A stretch of DNA of 63,642 nt, filler included, from Octopus bimaculoides (taxonomy: Eukaryota): the NCBI RefSeq assembly GCF_001194135.2. It is 7 parts of 7 records of this genome, joined end to end, with 100 filler letters (N's around TTAATTAATTAA, not from the genome) between each part and the next. Parts side by side here need not be neighbours in the genome. Positions count along the whole stretch, not along the records: positions 1 to 27,191 come from NC_068981.1; positions 27,292 to 40,866 come from NC_068985.1; 5 more parts are not named here. One strand, given 5' to 3'. A program made the position numbers and the translations under genes. Positions 23,932 through 37,084 of the stretch are shown piece by piece. Position 1 is the first letter of the stretch. Each line of letters opens with the position of its first letter. The notes under the pieces are model-generated. The model worked only from the letters and a program-made list of their open reading frames with translations, had not been told where the DNA came from and did not search any database.

Positions 23932-24456
23932 AACCAATAAAATAAGTTACTGTTACTCGCAAGTCAGAATTCACCATGCCTTCTCTAAGTGTTTTAGACG
24001 CCTGCATAGTTTTAGCAACATGAAACCCCTCTCGGCCCTACTATCATAAAACAAAACCTCTCCCCTTTCGGGCTTACCACACTGGACCCAACCGAAAGTG
24101 AAACATATAAATGTTGTAAAGAAAGAGGGCTACAACAGACCCCAGCTGGTTTATCCTTTCAGTTGTATAGAGTGAGCCAACGTGAAAAGAAATGTTTTGC
24201 TGGGAGAAGACAAAGTTCATTCCCGTCCAACACTCGAACCTAAGACCATATGAGCGTGGGCATACCACTAAGCAAATGGTCCACTTATTTTCACGTATAT
24301 AGATGTGCACACACATATACACATACATACATACATACATACATACATTCATACCTATATACATACATACCTATATACATACATACATACATGCATGCAT
24401 ACATATGTACATACATACCTACTTACATACATACATATATACAAACACACACACAC

Positions 24457-24494
<38 letters not shown>

Positions 24495-25314
24495 NNNNNN
24501 NNNNNNNNNNNNNNNNNNNNNNNNNNNNNNNNNNNNNNNNNNNNNNNNNNNNNNNNNNNNNNNNNNNNNNNNNNNNNNNNNNNNNNNNNNNNNNNNNNNN
24601 NNNNNNNNNNNNNNNNNNNNNNNNNNNNNNNNNNNNNNNNNNNNNNNNNNNNNNNNNNNNNNNNNNNNNNNNNNNNNNNNNNNNNNNNNNNNNNNNNNNN
24701 NNNNNNNNNNNNNNNNNNNNNNNNNNNNNNNNNNNNNNNNNNNNNNNNNNNNNNNNNNNNNNNNNNNNNNNNNNNNNNNNNNNNNNNNNNNNNNNNNNNN
24801 NNNNNNNNNNNNNNNNNNNNNNNNNNNNNNNNNNNNNNNNNNNNNNNNNNNNNNNNNNNNNNNNNNNNNNNNNNNNNNNNNNNNNNNNNNNNNNNNNNNN
24901 NNNNNNNNNNNNNNNNNNNNNNNNNNNNNNNNNNNNNNNNNNNNNNNNNNNNNNNNNNNNNNNNNNNNNNNNNNNNNNNNNNNNNNNNNNNNNNNNNNNN
25001 NNNNNNNNNNNNNNNNNNNNNNNNNNNNNNNNNNNNNNNNNNNNNNNNNNNNNNNNNNNNNNNNNNNNNNNNNNNNNNNNNNNNNNNNNNNNNNNNNNNN
25101 NNNNNNNNNNNNNNNNNNNNNNNNNNNNNNNNNNNNNNNNNNNNNNNNNNNNNNNNNNNNNNNNNNNNNNNNNNNNNNNNNNNNNNNNNNNNNNNNNNNN
25201 NNNNNNNNNNNNNNNNNNNNNNNNNNNNNNNNNNNNNNNNNNNNNNNNNNNNNNNNNNNNNNNNNNNNNNNNNNNNNNNNNNNNNNNNNNNNNNNNNNNN
25301 NNNNNNNNNNNNNN

Positions 25315-25346
<32 letters not shown>

Positions 25347-25972
25347 CACGCACATATATATTTATATATCGCTTTATACATACATGCACACATACATATA
25401 TATTTATATTACTTTTTATGTATATGCCTATACATATAAATAGCTATTCATCTATCTATCTATCCATCTATCCACCCATCATCTATCTATCTTTCTGTCT
25501 GTCTGTCTGTCCGTCTAAGAAACTAACTACCCAAAAATATATACACAAATTTATGATTATTCACTAAGAATCAGTTAATTGTAGAAATCAATACGTAAAT
25601 GTATTTATAATTGAAAAAAAACATTAAATCGCTAGTAGTCTGAGTTTCCATTTTTCGCTGTTTAAGTCGATAATCCGAGCCTGTTATCTCTTAGATTATC
25701 TCACGTTTGAATAAATTTTTGAAAAAGTAAAAAAAATGAAAAGAAAAAAATATTCAAATGAAAGTTATCAAAGAGTTATAAAAAAACGTCTGCTTATAAA
25801 AACGTCTGCTTATAAAAACGTCTGTTTCAAGTTCACGTTTTATATTTTATTTCTGGCTCCCGCGGTTTTTAAGACGATAATCTTAATCATCTGCAGGTTT
25901 TTGGCAAAGTAATTAAGACTAAGGTATTTTGAAGTTCTAGGTTCCACTATCAGATAGCTTTCTATTATCAGC

Positions 25973-26271
25973 AAATGAAGGCGCAGTGGCTTCAGGTTTA
26001 GGGTATTTACCTCACGATCGTAAGGTCGTGAGTTCAATACCAGAGCACTTTATTTCATGTTGCTCCAGTTCACTCAGCTGGCAAAAATGAGTTGTATTTG
26101 TCTTTCAAAGGACCAGCCTTGTCACACTCTGTTTCGTGTTGAACCTCCCTGGGAACTACGTTAAGGCTGGCTGTGGAGTGCTCTGCCACTTGCACGTTAA
26201 TTTCACGAGCAGGCCGTTCCGTTGATCGGATCAACTGGAATCTCGTTATCGTAACCGACGGAGGGACAGTT
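25973..26271 (+). mobile_element. Chimeric SINE (family-D head/CORE + family-C tail) with 10-bp TSD
   Basis: TSD tattatcagc at 25963-25972 and 26272-26281; head matches 13365-13578, tail matches 16290-16460. Confidence 0.8.
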
Positions 26272-26634
26272 TATTATCAGCTTTATGTACACTGATTTCT
26301 CTTTGGTGTGTAAATACCCATTTCAGTGGTGTATTTACGCACCTACTCCCACGTACACATAGATGTGTGACTATGTGTGTATGTGTGTCCAAATGCTGCG
26401 AAATTTCGATCAACCTCAATGAATTAAAAAGTCCTAAGTAGGTATTTTATTTTCAATGGTTTCATAAAATTTGCCTGTTGCTCCTCAATGAAGTAAAATA
26501 TTCAATATGGGTATTTTATTTTCGATATTTTCATGGGGTGATAAAGCAATACTTAACATCTATGCAGGTCCCCGTCCTACACAGATAAGATGGATGTGTT
26601 GGCAGAATATATTCAGATAAATATATACAGATAA

Positions 26635-26867
26635 GACGGCGGGCTAGCAGAATTGTTAGCACGCCGGGTGAAATGCTTAGCGGTATTTCGTCTGCTGTTA
26701 CGTTCTGAGTTCAAATTCCGCCGAGGTCGACTTTGCCTTTCATCCTTTCGGGTTCGATAAATTAAGTACCAGTTACGCACTGGGGTCGATGTAATCGACT
26801 TAATCCCTTTGTCTGTCCTTGTTTGTTCCCTCTAGGTTTAGCCCCTTGTGGGCAATAAAGAAATAAG
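26635..26867 (+). mobile_element. SINE family A, full length, 15-bp TSD
   Basis: TSD aatatatacagataa at 26620-26634 and 26868-26882. Confidence 0.95.
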
Positions 26868-27191
26868 AATATATACAGATAAATGTCCCGCAGTAAACAG
26901 ATAGGGAAGGCTCGAAAGTACACGCTGTGGTGATGGTCCGAATTTTATATCAGAATGAGTGGACGTCGCTGAAGGCATCTATGGACCAGAAGTTTCAATC
27001 AGGAGACCTGTTATGGCTGACATCATTTTGAAAATTTACAAATTATTGAATAAAAAAGAAAGTCCATATATCATCATCATCATCATTGTTGTCGTCATCA
27101 TCGTCATCATCACTACCACCATCATTATTATCTTCATCACCACGATCAACATCACACCACCACCGCCGCCGCCGCCGCCGCCGCCACCACC

Positions 27192-27291
27192 NNNNNNNNN
27201 NNNNNNNNNNNNNNNNNNNNNNNNNNNNNNNNNNNTTAATTAATTAANNNNNNNNNNNNNNNNNNNNNNNNNNNNNNNNNNNNNNNNNNNN
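27192..27291. other. Artificial contig-joining spacer (44 N + TTAATTAATTAA + 44 N)
   Basis: The same 12-mer, which gives stops in all six frames, sits in N-flanked spacers at 27236, 40911, 51355, 53191, 54469 and 57612. Confidence 0.95.
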
Positions 27292-27336
<45 letters not shown>

Positions 27337-27747
27337 GTATATGTATATTTTGTGTATATCTATCTATCTGTCTATCTATATATACATGCGCGTGCTTTCG
27401 TGTGTGTGTGTTAATTTACATATATTCCGTTATTTTTCATTACATAAGTTCTTATTGAACATACATGCATACATTGCAACAAACAGACCAGGCATATACA
27501 TACAAACAAACACACACACGCTCACGTTCCCTCTCTCACACACAAATACATATACATATACATATACATACACACACACACACACATATAGATATATATA
27601 TACATATACACACACGCATATACATATACATGCACATACATGTATACATATGTATACACACAAATTTATGTATATATATATGTATACGTATATACACATA
27701 CACACACACACATATATGTATATATTCACATATATATTCATAAATAT

Positions 27748-27794
<47 letters not shown>

Positions 27795-29030
27795 AATATA
27801 AGGTAAACTCAGAGCGAGAGGTAAGTTAGTTGAACCCTCAAATATATCCTTTCAAATATACTTATCACATTCTACTTGCCCCTTCTCTTCCCCTCTCTCA
27901 CTACCACCCTGCTCCTCTTTCTTTCTCCCATTCTGGGTGTCTCTTTCTGCATACAAATACNNNNNNNNNNNNNNNNNNNNNNNNNNNNNNNNNNNNNNNN
28001 NNNNNNNNNNNNNNNNNNNNNNNNNNNNNNNNNNNNNNNNNNNNNNNNNNNNNNNNNNNNNNNNNNNNNNNNNNNNNNNNNNNNNNNNNNNNNNNNNNNN
28101 NNNNNNNNNNNNNNNNNNNNNNNNNNNNNNNNNNNNNNNNNNNNNNNNNNNNNNNNNNNNNNNNNNNNNNNNNNNNNNNNNNNNNNNNNNNNNNNNNNNN
28201 NNNNNNNNNNNNNNNNNNNNNNNNNNNNNNNNNNNNNNNNNNNNNNNNNNNNNNNNNNNNNNNNNNNNNNNNNNNNNNNNNNNNNNNNNNNNNNNNNNNN
28301 NNNNNNNNNNNNNNNNNNNNNNNNNNNNNNNNNNNNNNNNNNNNNNNNNNNNNNNNNNNNNNNNNNNNNNNNNNNNNNNNNNNNNNNNNNNNNNNNNNNN
28401 NNNTATATACATATTTATACACACACACACACACAAACACATATATATGTTCTAATCACTGTTAATAGGAATAAAACGAAGGAGACATTTTCCACGGTTG
28501 TGTCCAATATATATTAGATTAAGGAAATGTTGATTCACTATATATTTATTTATATAAATGATCCCACTTCAGCCGTTTCTAGCGAAGGTCTTGTTATGAG
28601 TACTATTATATCATATCATGTATTTCACTGTGTTATTCACGTATCTATAAAGCTAAATATCTTTCAATTGTTATGTCGTAATATTGTACAGAAGAACACA
28701 AGAAAAAATAATTATAGAAAATAAAGTGAAGTTTTGGACAACAAAGTTACTGCAGAATATATGGGAATTACAATGAAATATTGAACGCAATAATATATTC
28801 GAGATGACTTTGCAATTTGTGTATCATATATCCGTGTGACTTTGTTGAAATAGAGAGACCTTGTACCAAATATTATTATAGGTACGCGTATAATTCAGAG
28901 AAATATGCATCATACACTTGTGTGATACAGAGAAATATATATCATATATTTGACAAATCCTTCATTTGAAACGCCTTTAGAGATATCGTTTATATAATTA
29001 CGTATATCCGTACATAGATAAATGAGTGTG

Positions 29031-29565
29031 CAGTAATGCTTCGAAATACGAATTAATACGGTGACCACTCGTAAAGCAGAGCAATAGTTTCACATTATAG
29101 CAGTGTTATAAATCGTAATTCGTTCCCAGAAAATGTCTTACCTGTAACATTTTTAATACTCGTAAATAAACGGCAATAAAACAACAGTAGAATATAAAGA
29201 ATATTTTATGTAAAGTTATAAGAATGTCAAGATCATTTATAATAAAGAATATTATTATTATCGTTTTCTTAATCATTTTTACTCACACTAGACTCGCATA
29301 CGCCATTACTTGTAGACGCGATCACCGATTCACAAGCACTCGTACGCGGACTTGTAGATTTCTTTTTAAAAAACAAGTCTAGAGTTGTTTGCTTAGAAGA
29401 AGCTTTATTTCGATCTCTATAAATTTCTCGGTAACACGCAGAAGCATTTGTTATGGTTGTAGAAACTTTTGCACTTCGTTCAAAATTCAGATCTTGTGCT
29501 TGAAAAATAAAACTTGTAAAACTGTGGTCACGTAAAGCGGGTCCTCGTAAAATGAGGTGTTACTG
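29031..29565. mobile_element. Tigger/pogo-like MITE
   Basis: Left cagtaatgcttcgaaatacg; right cgtaaaatgaggtgttactg|ta (reverse complement cagtaacacctcattttacg); imperfect TIRs. Confidence 0.5.
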
Positions 29566-29902
29566 TACTTACGTATGTACGTTATTTTTCTTCTAATTTT
29601 TCAGAAGTTGTTTTCTTACAAGGATCAAATGCTCTTTCATTGGTGTTTGGATAACAAGAAAGACAGTTGATACATATCGAACTTTAAAAAGTCCTGCATA
29701 TTTTTACAGTTCAACTTACAGATTGTATCTGGAAGCTTCGTGTCAGGCGGTCTCTTCTTTCGTTTGAAAATCTTCAGATTGTGGCTTAGGCATTTACTTA
29801 TACAACGGACGGTACTAATGACTATTGGTATAAATGTACATTTGTAATCAGAGCAGAAGGTTGTAAGTTTTGCCTCGCTGATTTTGGAACAGATATTCGC
29901 AT

Positions 29903-30140
29903 CTTATTTCTTTACTGCCAACAAGGGGATAGACATAGAGGGGACAAACAAGGACAGACAAAGGGGTTAAGTCGATTACATCGACCCTAGTGCGTAACTG
30001 GTACTTAATTTATCGACCCCGAAAAGATGAAAGGCAAAGTCGACCTCGGCGGAATTAGAACTCAGAACGTAACAGCAGATGAAATACCGCTAAGCATTTC
30101 GCCAGGAGTGCTAACGTTTCTGCCAGCTCGCCACCTTTTG
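29903..30140 (-). mobile_element. SINE family A, full length
   Basis: Reverse complement of 26635-26867, flanked by cagatattc[g/a]cat. Confidence 0.95.
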
Positions 30141-31004
30141 CAGATATTCACATTTGTAGGGAAACTTACCGCAATGATTGTATATATCTTTTTTCCTGTC
30201 TCAACTAATACAAAACTCCGTTATGTTTACACTTAGTATGTTTTGATGGGAATGTTCTTTGTGCTAATATGTGTACATGTATTCCATAGTATGGGTGGTG
30301 CTTTTATTTATTCCGGTGCAGTCTTTTCTGCAGACGGTATTGTATATTGTTTTAGCAACATTTTGTCGCAACGGGAAGTAGTAACACGATTAAATTTTTT
30401 GCTATAGTTGCTGATTGCATGAGATAGAGAAAACCATTGACGCAAAGATCTAAGGTTTGACGGATAGTTTTTCTACACTCACTTGTTAAATATGAACATT
30501 TCTTTTGGACAAACTCAATCCCTATGTCAGTAGAAAATATGATTGAATCCAGCTGATTTTCAACGTTACAAATATTTCGGGCGTAGATATTTAGATATTT
30601 AGAAATTATGAGTTTTGTAAGTGTATCTTGCTCTTGCAGACCTGAGGAAATAGCCAGTGGATTTTTTGTTGAAGAAAGAACAGTAAATTTAGGACAAAAA
30701 TAAACAGAAGTACAAACTGTACCCTTGGAATATTTCCGTTGAAATAACAACACCGGAGACAATTATGCCGCTTTCAGCAACAAATGTGAGGATTATGGAC
30801 CAAATCTTTCTATACTTTTCAATGGCAGCAATTCAGGTAGCAGGTATTTTTACCTGCTGTAATAACTTCAGTTGCTATGAATGAGAAATGGAATCATAAA
30901 CCTTTCTATAATCTTGCCATAAGGTCACAAGATTTCTGCAGAAGAGCTTAGTTGTTCAGCACAACCCCGCTCCTCTTTCTTTTCCACCTGTATGCTCATC
31001 GGTA

Positions 31005-31390
31005 GTGGAGGCGCAATGGTCCAGTGGTTAGGGAAGCGGACTCGCGGTCATAGCATCGCGGTTTCGATTCCCAGACTGGGCGTTGTGAGTGTTTATTGAG
31101 CGAAAACACCTAAAGCTCTACGAGGCTCCGGCAGGGGATGGTGGCGAACCCTGCTGTACTCTTTCACCACAACTTTCTCTCATTCTTACTTCCTGTTTCA
31201 GTTGCACCCGTATTTCAAAGGGCCAGCTTTGTCACACTGTGTCACGCTGAATATCCCTAGGAACTACGTTATGGGTACACGTGTCTGTGGAGTGCTCAGC
31301 CACTTGCACGTTAATTTCACGAGCAGGCTGTCCCGTTGATCGGATCAACTGGAACCCTCGACGTCGTAAGCGACGGAGTGCTAACAACAA
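31005..31390 (+). mobile_element. SINE family C, full length, 11-bp TSD
   Basis: TSD gctcatcggta at 30994-31004 and 31391-31401; (AAC)n tail. Confidence 0.95.
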
Positions 31391-31481
31391 GCTCATCGGT
31401 AACTATGATTAACAATGGTCGTGGAGGAATTGGTTCAGACAGCTGATGCTTAATTTGTGCCTGATTTCAAGGCAGTAAAAA

Positions 31482-31700
31482 AGGCGGCAAGCTGTCTGAA
31501 GCATTAGCACGACAGACAAACTACTTAGCGGTATTTCTTTTGGCTTTACGTTCCGAACTGAATTTCCGTCGAGATCGACTTTGGTTTTCCTCCGATCGAT
31601 GTCGATAAAATAAATGTCAATTGAGCACCGATGTTAATGTAATCGACTACTACCCTTGCCCCAAATTACATGGCTTGTGCCTATTGTAGAAAGGATATTA
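31482..31700 (+). mobile_element. SINE family A, degenerate
   Basis: aaggcggcaagctg..cttagcggtatttc..gtcgataaaataa..ggcttgtgcctattgtagaaaggat. Confidence 0.75.
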
Positions 31701-31795
31701 AGGTAGACAATTGGATTATAGTTCTGTGCTCAAGCAATGTTTTCGGTCTTGGCTTCAAGGTTTGCGCTTGATATGAACAGCCAGTCCGGTATGTC

Positions 31796-32712
31796 TACCA
31801 GGTGCATTCAAAAACGTATACGACTTTATTTTTCCCCCGCAAAAACTAATGCCGCATAGACAAAATCTTTTGGGTGGGAAGTGACACTACCCTTCCTGCG
31901 CATGCGTTAAAATGTCCGTGCCGGTAGACTGCGTCAGTTCTCGGCTGTTACACCGAGAGTACAGACGTTGTGCACGCTCGTCGGATTTTCCTTTTCACGC
32001 AAGATGACCGAACGCATCAAGCAGAGACCACAAGCCTATGTCTCATTATTAGTGATAATGGTCTTCATTAAGTCTGGGTCGTGGTTTGCACAGTCCAGCA
32101 TGTCCTGAGCAATTTCCATGCGGAGTTGCTTCTGCTGTTCCGCCAGCACCTTGGGAGCGAATTTCGCCGACACGTTCTGCGCGTGCGCAAATCTTCCATT
32201 AAAATGGAATGCACTAATTTTGCACTTACTCCCACTTCGTGAACAATTTCCTGGATTGTTACACGGCGGTCTTCCATAATTATTTGCCGAACCGTCTCAA
32301 TTGGCTTCTCGTTTCGACTTGTGGAATGCCTGCCTGAGTATTGGCTCACTCTCTCTTGAGGTGTGGTCATGTTTGAAGCGGTTGTACATCTTGATCTAAG
32401 TTTTGCCTATGACGTAATCGCCAAAGGCTTGCCGAAACTTCTTGATTGAGTTTGAGAATCACAAAGTGTTTGGCATAACTTGATGCTATATCTCTGCTCA
32501 GTACGTTCGGTTAAGTCGAAAATTCGACGAGTGGGCACTATACATCTATAATCTAAGCGCCACAGCCGGAAGCTGATGCAGCTGAGTGGCACAAAAATTT
32601 TCACGCATTCGCAAGAAAAATAGCATCAAATCCCATCCAAAGGATTTTGCCTACGCGATATTAGTTTTGGCGGGAAAAAATAAAGTCAGATACCTTCTGA
32701 ACTCACCTCATA
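31796..32712 (-). mobile_element. Internally deleted mariner element
   Basis: ~55-bp imperfect TIRs (..gactttatttttccc.c.caaaactaat) with TA ends; transposase remnants TERTEQRYSIKLCQ and VRQIIMEDRRVTIQEIVHEVGVS..VHSILMEDL. Confidence 0.85.
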
Positions 32713-33152
32713 TCTGGGCTTCTATAATATTTTGAAACATGTATATAAGTGACTTCCTATACAAAGTTAACGCCTTGTACCAGTAACACTTTGTGAGGTC
32801 ACTTACTGAAGCTTTCTTATTATAAAGCATTCACATAGGAAGTTTCTGATGTCGATTGTTTAAGTTTTACTACTGGTGATACAGTATTCTCGATTTATTG
32901 CGTCTAGCCATGTAGCTAGACACAATAAATAATGATGCGATTCATTTGCCGCATCAGATTAATACATGACAAAGTTTGATTGTTTTTGAATTTGAGGTAC
33001 AAATCAATAGAGAAAGCTAAATGGATAGACAGACAGAGAGACGGACAGACAGATATATAGATAGATAGGTAGGTAGAGAGGAAGGGAGAGTTAGAGAGGG
33101 GTATAGAGAGATAGCTTGAGAAGTACTGGCCTCGTACTTTATTCGTACTTTA

Positions 33153-34279
33153 CAGGGTGTCCCAGAATTAATTATCTATTTTTTAAAAAATCGGACAAAT
33201 TAAAAAGAAAAAAGACTGACATTATATAATTGTGACATCAAAACAAATAGATTTATAAATCATACGGGAAAAATCTTCACAAAATTTTCAACATGTGCTC
33301 CATCTGTATCCCGGCAAATTTCAAATCTATCCATCTTTAGCGGTGCGAAACATTTTGAAGCATTTCGGAAACTATTCCCCGCACTGCTAACAGAATGCAT
33401 TCCTTGAGTTCATTAGAACTATTCCTAGAGAAAATGATTACAGCCAAATTGAAAACAATAGCTGTCGTAGACTGATAAGCGGGATCCAAAAGGAATAAAA
33501 ATAAAATTATAAAAAACTTATGAAAATTATAAAATTTACTCTTTTACTCTTTTACTTGTTTCAGTCATTTGACTGCGGCCATGCTTGGGCACCACCTTTT
33601 ACTCGAACAAATCGACCCCAGGACTTATTCTTTGTAAGCCTAGTACTTATTCTATCGGTCTCTTTTTGCCGAACCGCTAAGTTACGGGGACATAAACATA
33701 CCAGCCTCGGTTGTCAAGCGAAGTTGGGGGGACAAACACAAACATACAAACATATACACACACATACACACACATACATACATACATACATATATATATA
33801 TATATNNNNNNNNNNNNNNNNNNNNNNNNNNNNNNNNNNNNNNNNNNNNNNNNNNNNNNNNNNNNNNNNNNNNNNNNNNNNNNNTATATACATATATACG
33901 ACAAGCTTCTTTCAGTTTCCGTCTACCAAATCCACTCACAAGGCTTTGGTCGGCCCGAGGCTATAGTAGAAGACACTTGCCCAAGGTGCCACGCAGTGGG
34001 AATGAACTCAGAACCATGTGGTTGGTAAACAAGCTACTTACCACACGGCCACTCCCGCGCCCTAAAATGTTAAATAAGACCCCCTATAATACCTGGCACA
34101 GATTTGAAACCTCCACCTCTGTGCCATGTTACTACTTCTAAACACCTCTACCTATGAGGCCACCAAAGCAGCAAATTATAAAAAAAATTAAAACTTTATA
34201 CACTTTAATATATACAAATAAAAGTGAGTTTTATAAAAAAAAATTGTCCGAAATAGATAGTTAATTTCGGGACACGCTG
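33153..34279 (-). mobile_element. Tc1/mariner-superfamily deleted element carrying an inserted SINE-B
   Basis: TA|cagggtgtcccagaattaattatctattt ... aaatagatagttaatttcgggacacgctg|TA; C-terminal remnant NELKECILLAVRGIVSEMLQNV..EICRDTDGAHVENFV at ~33265-33415. Confidence 0.8.
33535..34061 (-). mobile_element. SINE family B, full length
   Basis: Reverse complement of 23172-23585; the N gap falls in the internal microsatellite. Confidence 0.95.
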
Positions 34280-35250
34280 TATTAATCGACTTCGGCAGCG
34301 TAAAGGGTAAAATAAACTTTGGCGAGATTTGAAGTCAGAGCGTAGGGAGTACAAAGGGACGTGGTAAGTCTTTTAATCCGAAACATACGATTCTTCCAAC
34401 TTGTTTCATGCACAAACATGAGTGAATGCACTCATGTGCATATATATCAAATACGTACATACATTCATGTGTGTGAGTACGTATGTATGTATGTATGTAT
34501 GTANNNNNNNNNNNNNNNNNNNNNNNNNNNNNNNNNNNNNNNNNNNNNNNNNNNNNNNNNNNNNNNNNNNNNNNNNNNNNNNNNNNNNNNNNNNNNNNNN
34601 NNNATATATATATACATATATATATAGTAAGCAGTTATGGTAACTGACTAAGGGATAAAATATCTGTATTAACTATTGGTATTAGTTACTCGTGTTATCT
34701 TTGGGCATGGGTATGCAGGCACACTATGCTCGTAGAGTACAGCTAATATTAGAATAAACAAAAGTTTATCAGGAAACTCGTGTCACTCGATCGTATTGCT
34801 TTACGACAAAGAGCCAAAAATGAATAACACTTGTTCTACTCTTCACTGGTACATTTCTATTGTGTTGAGCGTCTTACTGTGGCTAAATATGCAAGCTTTG
34901 TTCTCCGTCCTGAATGTCAGGCAGACAGACAGTAGACTTTACCTTTCTGTATATTTACTATGCCCGTCCAGATAGCGACCAGTGCCTCGCTTGAGAGGCT
35001 GTTTGAAAGTAAAGAGACACCATTTGTGAAACGAGAGATCTTTTCTCGTTGTTTGATTCTGAATGTATTCTTCGGGCATAGAGGAGTTCAATTCTGTCAC
35101 TGCTCGGGTTCAGACTACGAATTCCTCATGTTCAAGGTTTCAATAGTGAAAAAATTCTGAGAAAATCCGTTTCACGTTTGAAATTAAGTTTCCCAAAATT
35201 CATTTTAGATATCACGTCGAACTAGAGACAAAATGAAAAATAAAACATTA

Positions 35251-35483
35251 TTATTTTTCGGAATGGTCATTTTTTTTTCTTCCCAAATAAACACACGCAC
35301 TAGTTTATTGTAGTTCTTATTGTATGTCCATTGCCTGGAAATCTTTCGTCACAAATCGGTGACCTCTTCAGTGATTCTTCCATTCCGTAAGATAAAATAA
35401 GAACTACAATAAACTAATGAAGAATGAATATATTAGTGCGTGTGTTTATTATGCAAGAAAAACATGACCATCTCGAAATATAA
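35251..35483. repeat. Long imperfect inverted repeat (fold-back)
   Basis: aataaacacacgcact (35286-35301) with agtgcgtgtgtttatt (35435-35450); agtttattgtagttcttatt (35302-35321) with aataagaactacaataaact (35396-35415); outer arms ttatttttcggaatggtcat / atgaccatctcgaaatataa. Confidence 0.9.
35338..35371 (-). ncRNA. Hammerhead-like core in the fold-back loop
   Basis: CTGAAGA-g-GTCAC cgattt GTGAC-GAAA-gat-TTC; stem I pairing is poor. Confidence 0.4.
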
Positions 35484-35484
35484 C

Positions 35485-35516
35485 AACATCTGTTTCACCA
35501 CACAATTTCTCATCAG
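35485..35516 (-). ncRNA. Second hammerhead-like core
   Basis: CTGATGA-gaaattgtgtggt-GAAAC-AGAT-GTT; stem III is a one-base variant of ACAGCTGT; stem II is decayed. Confidence 0.4.
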
Positions 35517-36675
35517 GAATCTTGCAAAACAAATTCATAAATGAAAAATAAAATATTTAATGTAATTACGTCTCTTTAGCTTTTTTAAATAAAAATAAAT
35601 ATAGCTGACTTAATTGAAATGCAAGCTTACACGTGTGGAATATAATAAAATTCAGAAAGTTCTTGGTAAAATAGTGAACACAAACATATCTGCTCAGTCC
35701 AATTGTTGTTCATCGACATTTGTGTGTATGTGCATGTGTGTGACTGTTGCTGTTATCGATGTAAAATATCACAGAATTACCGCAAAATATATTTTGAAAA
35801 GAGTAATATTCGGGAAATGCGAAGTTTCAAAAGACTTTTATAGACCGCTCTGCTTTGCAATAATTAAATTCCCACTTCTTACTACACTCTTTTAGCCTTG
35901 ATATTTGTTGGTTAGCATACTCGACAACTTATTGTTGTCCAAAGATAAATATATCAAAATTTTAGTATAAAACTGACTTAATATTTTTTTATGTAAAATA
36001 AAGTCACCTTCTCGGAATAAGAGACGAAAACAAGTAAAAATATGAATTTAAATTCTTGTAAAACAGGTGAAATTATCCAACACGATAATTGTTAATATAT
36101 CAAACGAAAAACTAGTATATTCAGTAGAATTACGATATTTTTCTTCTTTATACAATCCAAGAACAAAATTACCTGAAATACAAACTTAACACACATGGAA
36201 TATAAAATTTTGAAAGTCTTTAGAAAAATATTGAATCAAATCATGCCAGCTCAGTCCAGAGTAATGCATGCATCTTGTCCATCGACGTGTGTGTGGTGCC
36301 AGTTTGTGTTGTTGGAGAGAAACATCAAAGAATTGTTGAAAAGGTTTAGAAATGATACAATTTTTGAAATTGAATGATATTCTGAAAATGCGAAAAATAT
36401 TTCTGAAACATTTATGTGTTTCAGCCCCTGGATCCAAACGCATAAAAGAATATTCTGGATCGAAACGCATAAAAGAACATTCTGCCTCTCAATGATCAAT
36501 TTTCTAATTATTATTTTAATTTTTTTTTTTTTGCTTTGTTATTTGTTGGTTTGCATAAGCGACGCATTATTAATCAAAATTTGGAATAAAATTTACATAT
36601 TTTCTTTATATAAAAGGTATCACACAAGTTGACTAATGTTTGGGGACAAAAATACGTCAGGAAATATAATATAAA

Positions 36676-36870
36676 GCGGTGAGCTGGCAGAAGCGTTAGC
36701 AGAGCGGGAAAAATGTTTAGCGGCATTTCGTTCATCTTTACGTTCTGGGATCAAATACCACCGGCATCGACTTTCGGGGTCGATAAAATAAGAACCAGTG
36801 GAGAATTGGAAGTCGATGAAATCGACTAAGTTCTTCCTCCGAAGTTGCTGGCCTTGTGCCAAAATTTGAA
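36676..36870 (+). mobile_element. SINE family A
   Basis: gcggtgagctggcagaagcgttagc..cgactttcggggtcgataaaataag..ggccttgtgccaaaatttgaa. Confidence 0.85.
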
Positions 36871-37084
36871 ACCAATATTTATTTCTAATAGAGGCGAAAT
36901 TAGTGTAGCAAGAATGATTTGTTAGAAAGGTACACGGTTTCGGATCTGTATGGAAGTATTGTAGTCGATCCTATCATGCCCAGTACATGAATGTTACTTT
37001 ATTCAATCAAATGTTTACAAATGGAAGACAAACGTGACAGTAACAGGATTGCTACTCAATCCAATAATATTAGTTTCACACATT

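Noticed and set aside
25790-25826. Three 16-bp tandem repeats (tataaaaacgtctgct)
   Set aside because: No spacers; simple minisatellite, not CRISPR-like.
30169-30205. Minus-strand 35-nt micro-exon candidate with GCG|GTAAGT donor
   Set aside because: Peptide unrecognisable; isolated splice-like sites are common.
34950-35080. IATSASLERLF resembling the hAT dimerisation motif
   Set aside because: One short motif with no other hAT features nearby.
36186-36499. Overlapping short ORFs and a 27-bp tandem duplication
   Set aside because: No recognisable domain.
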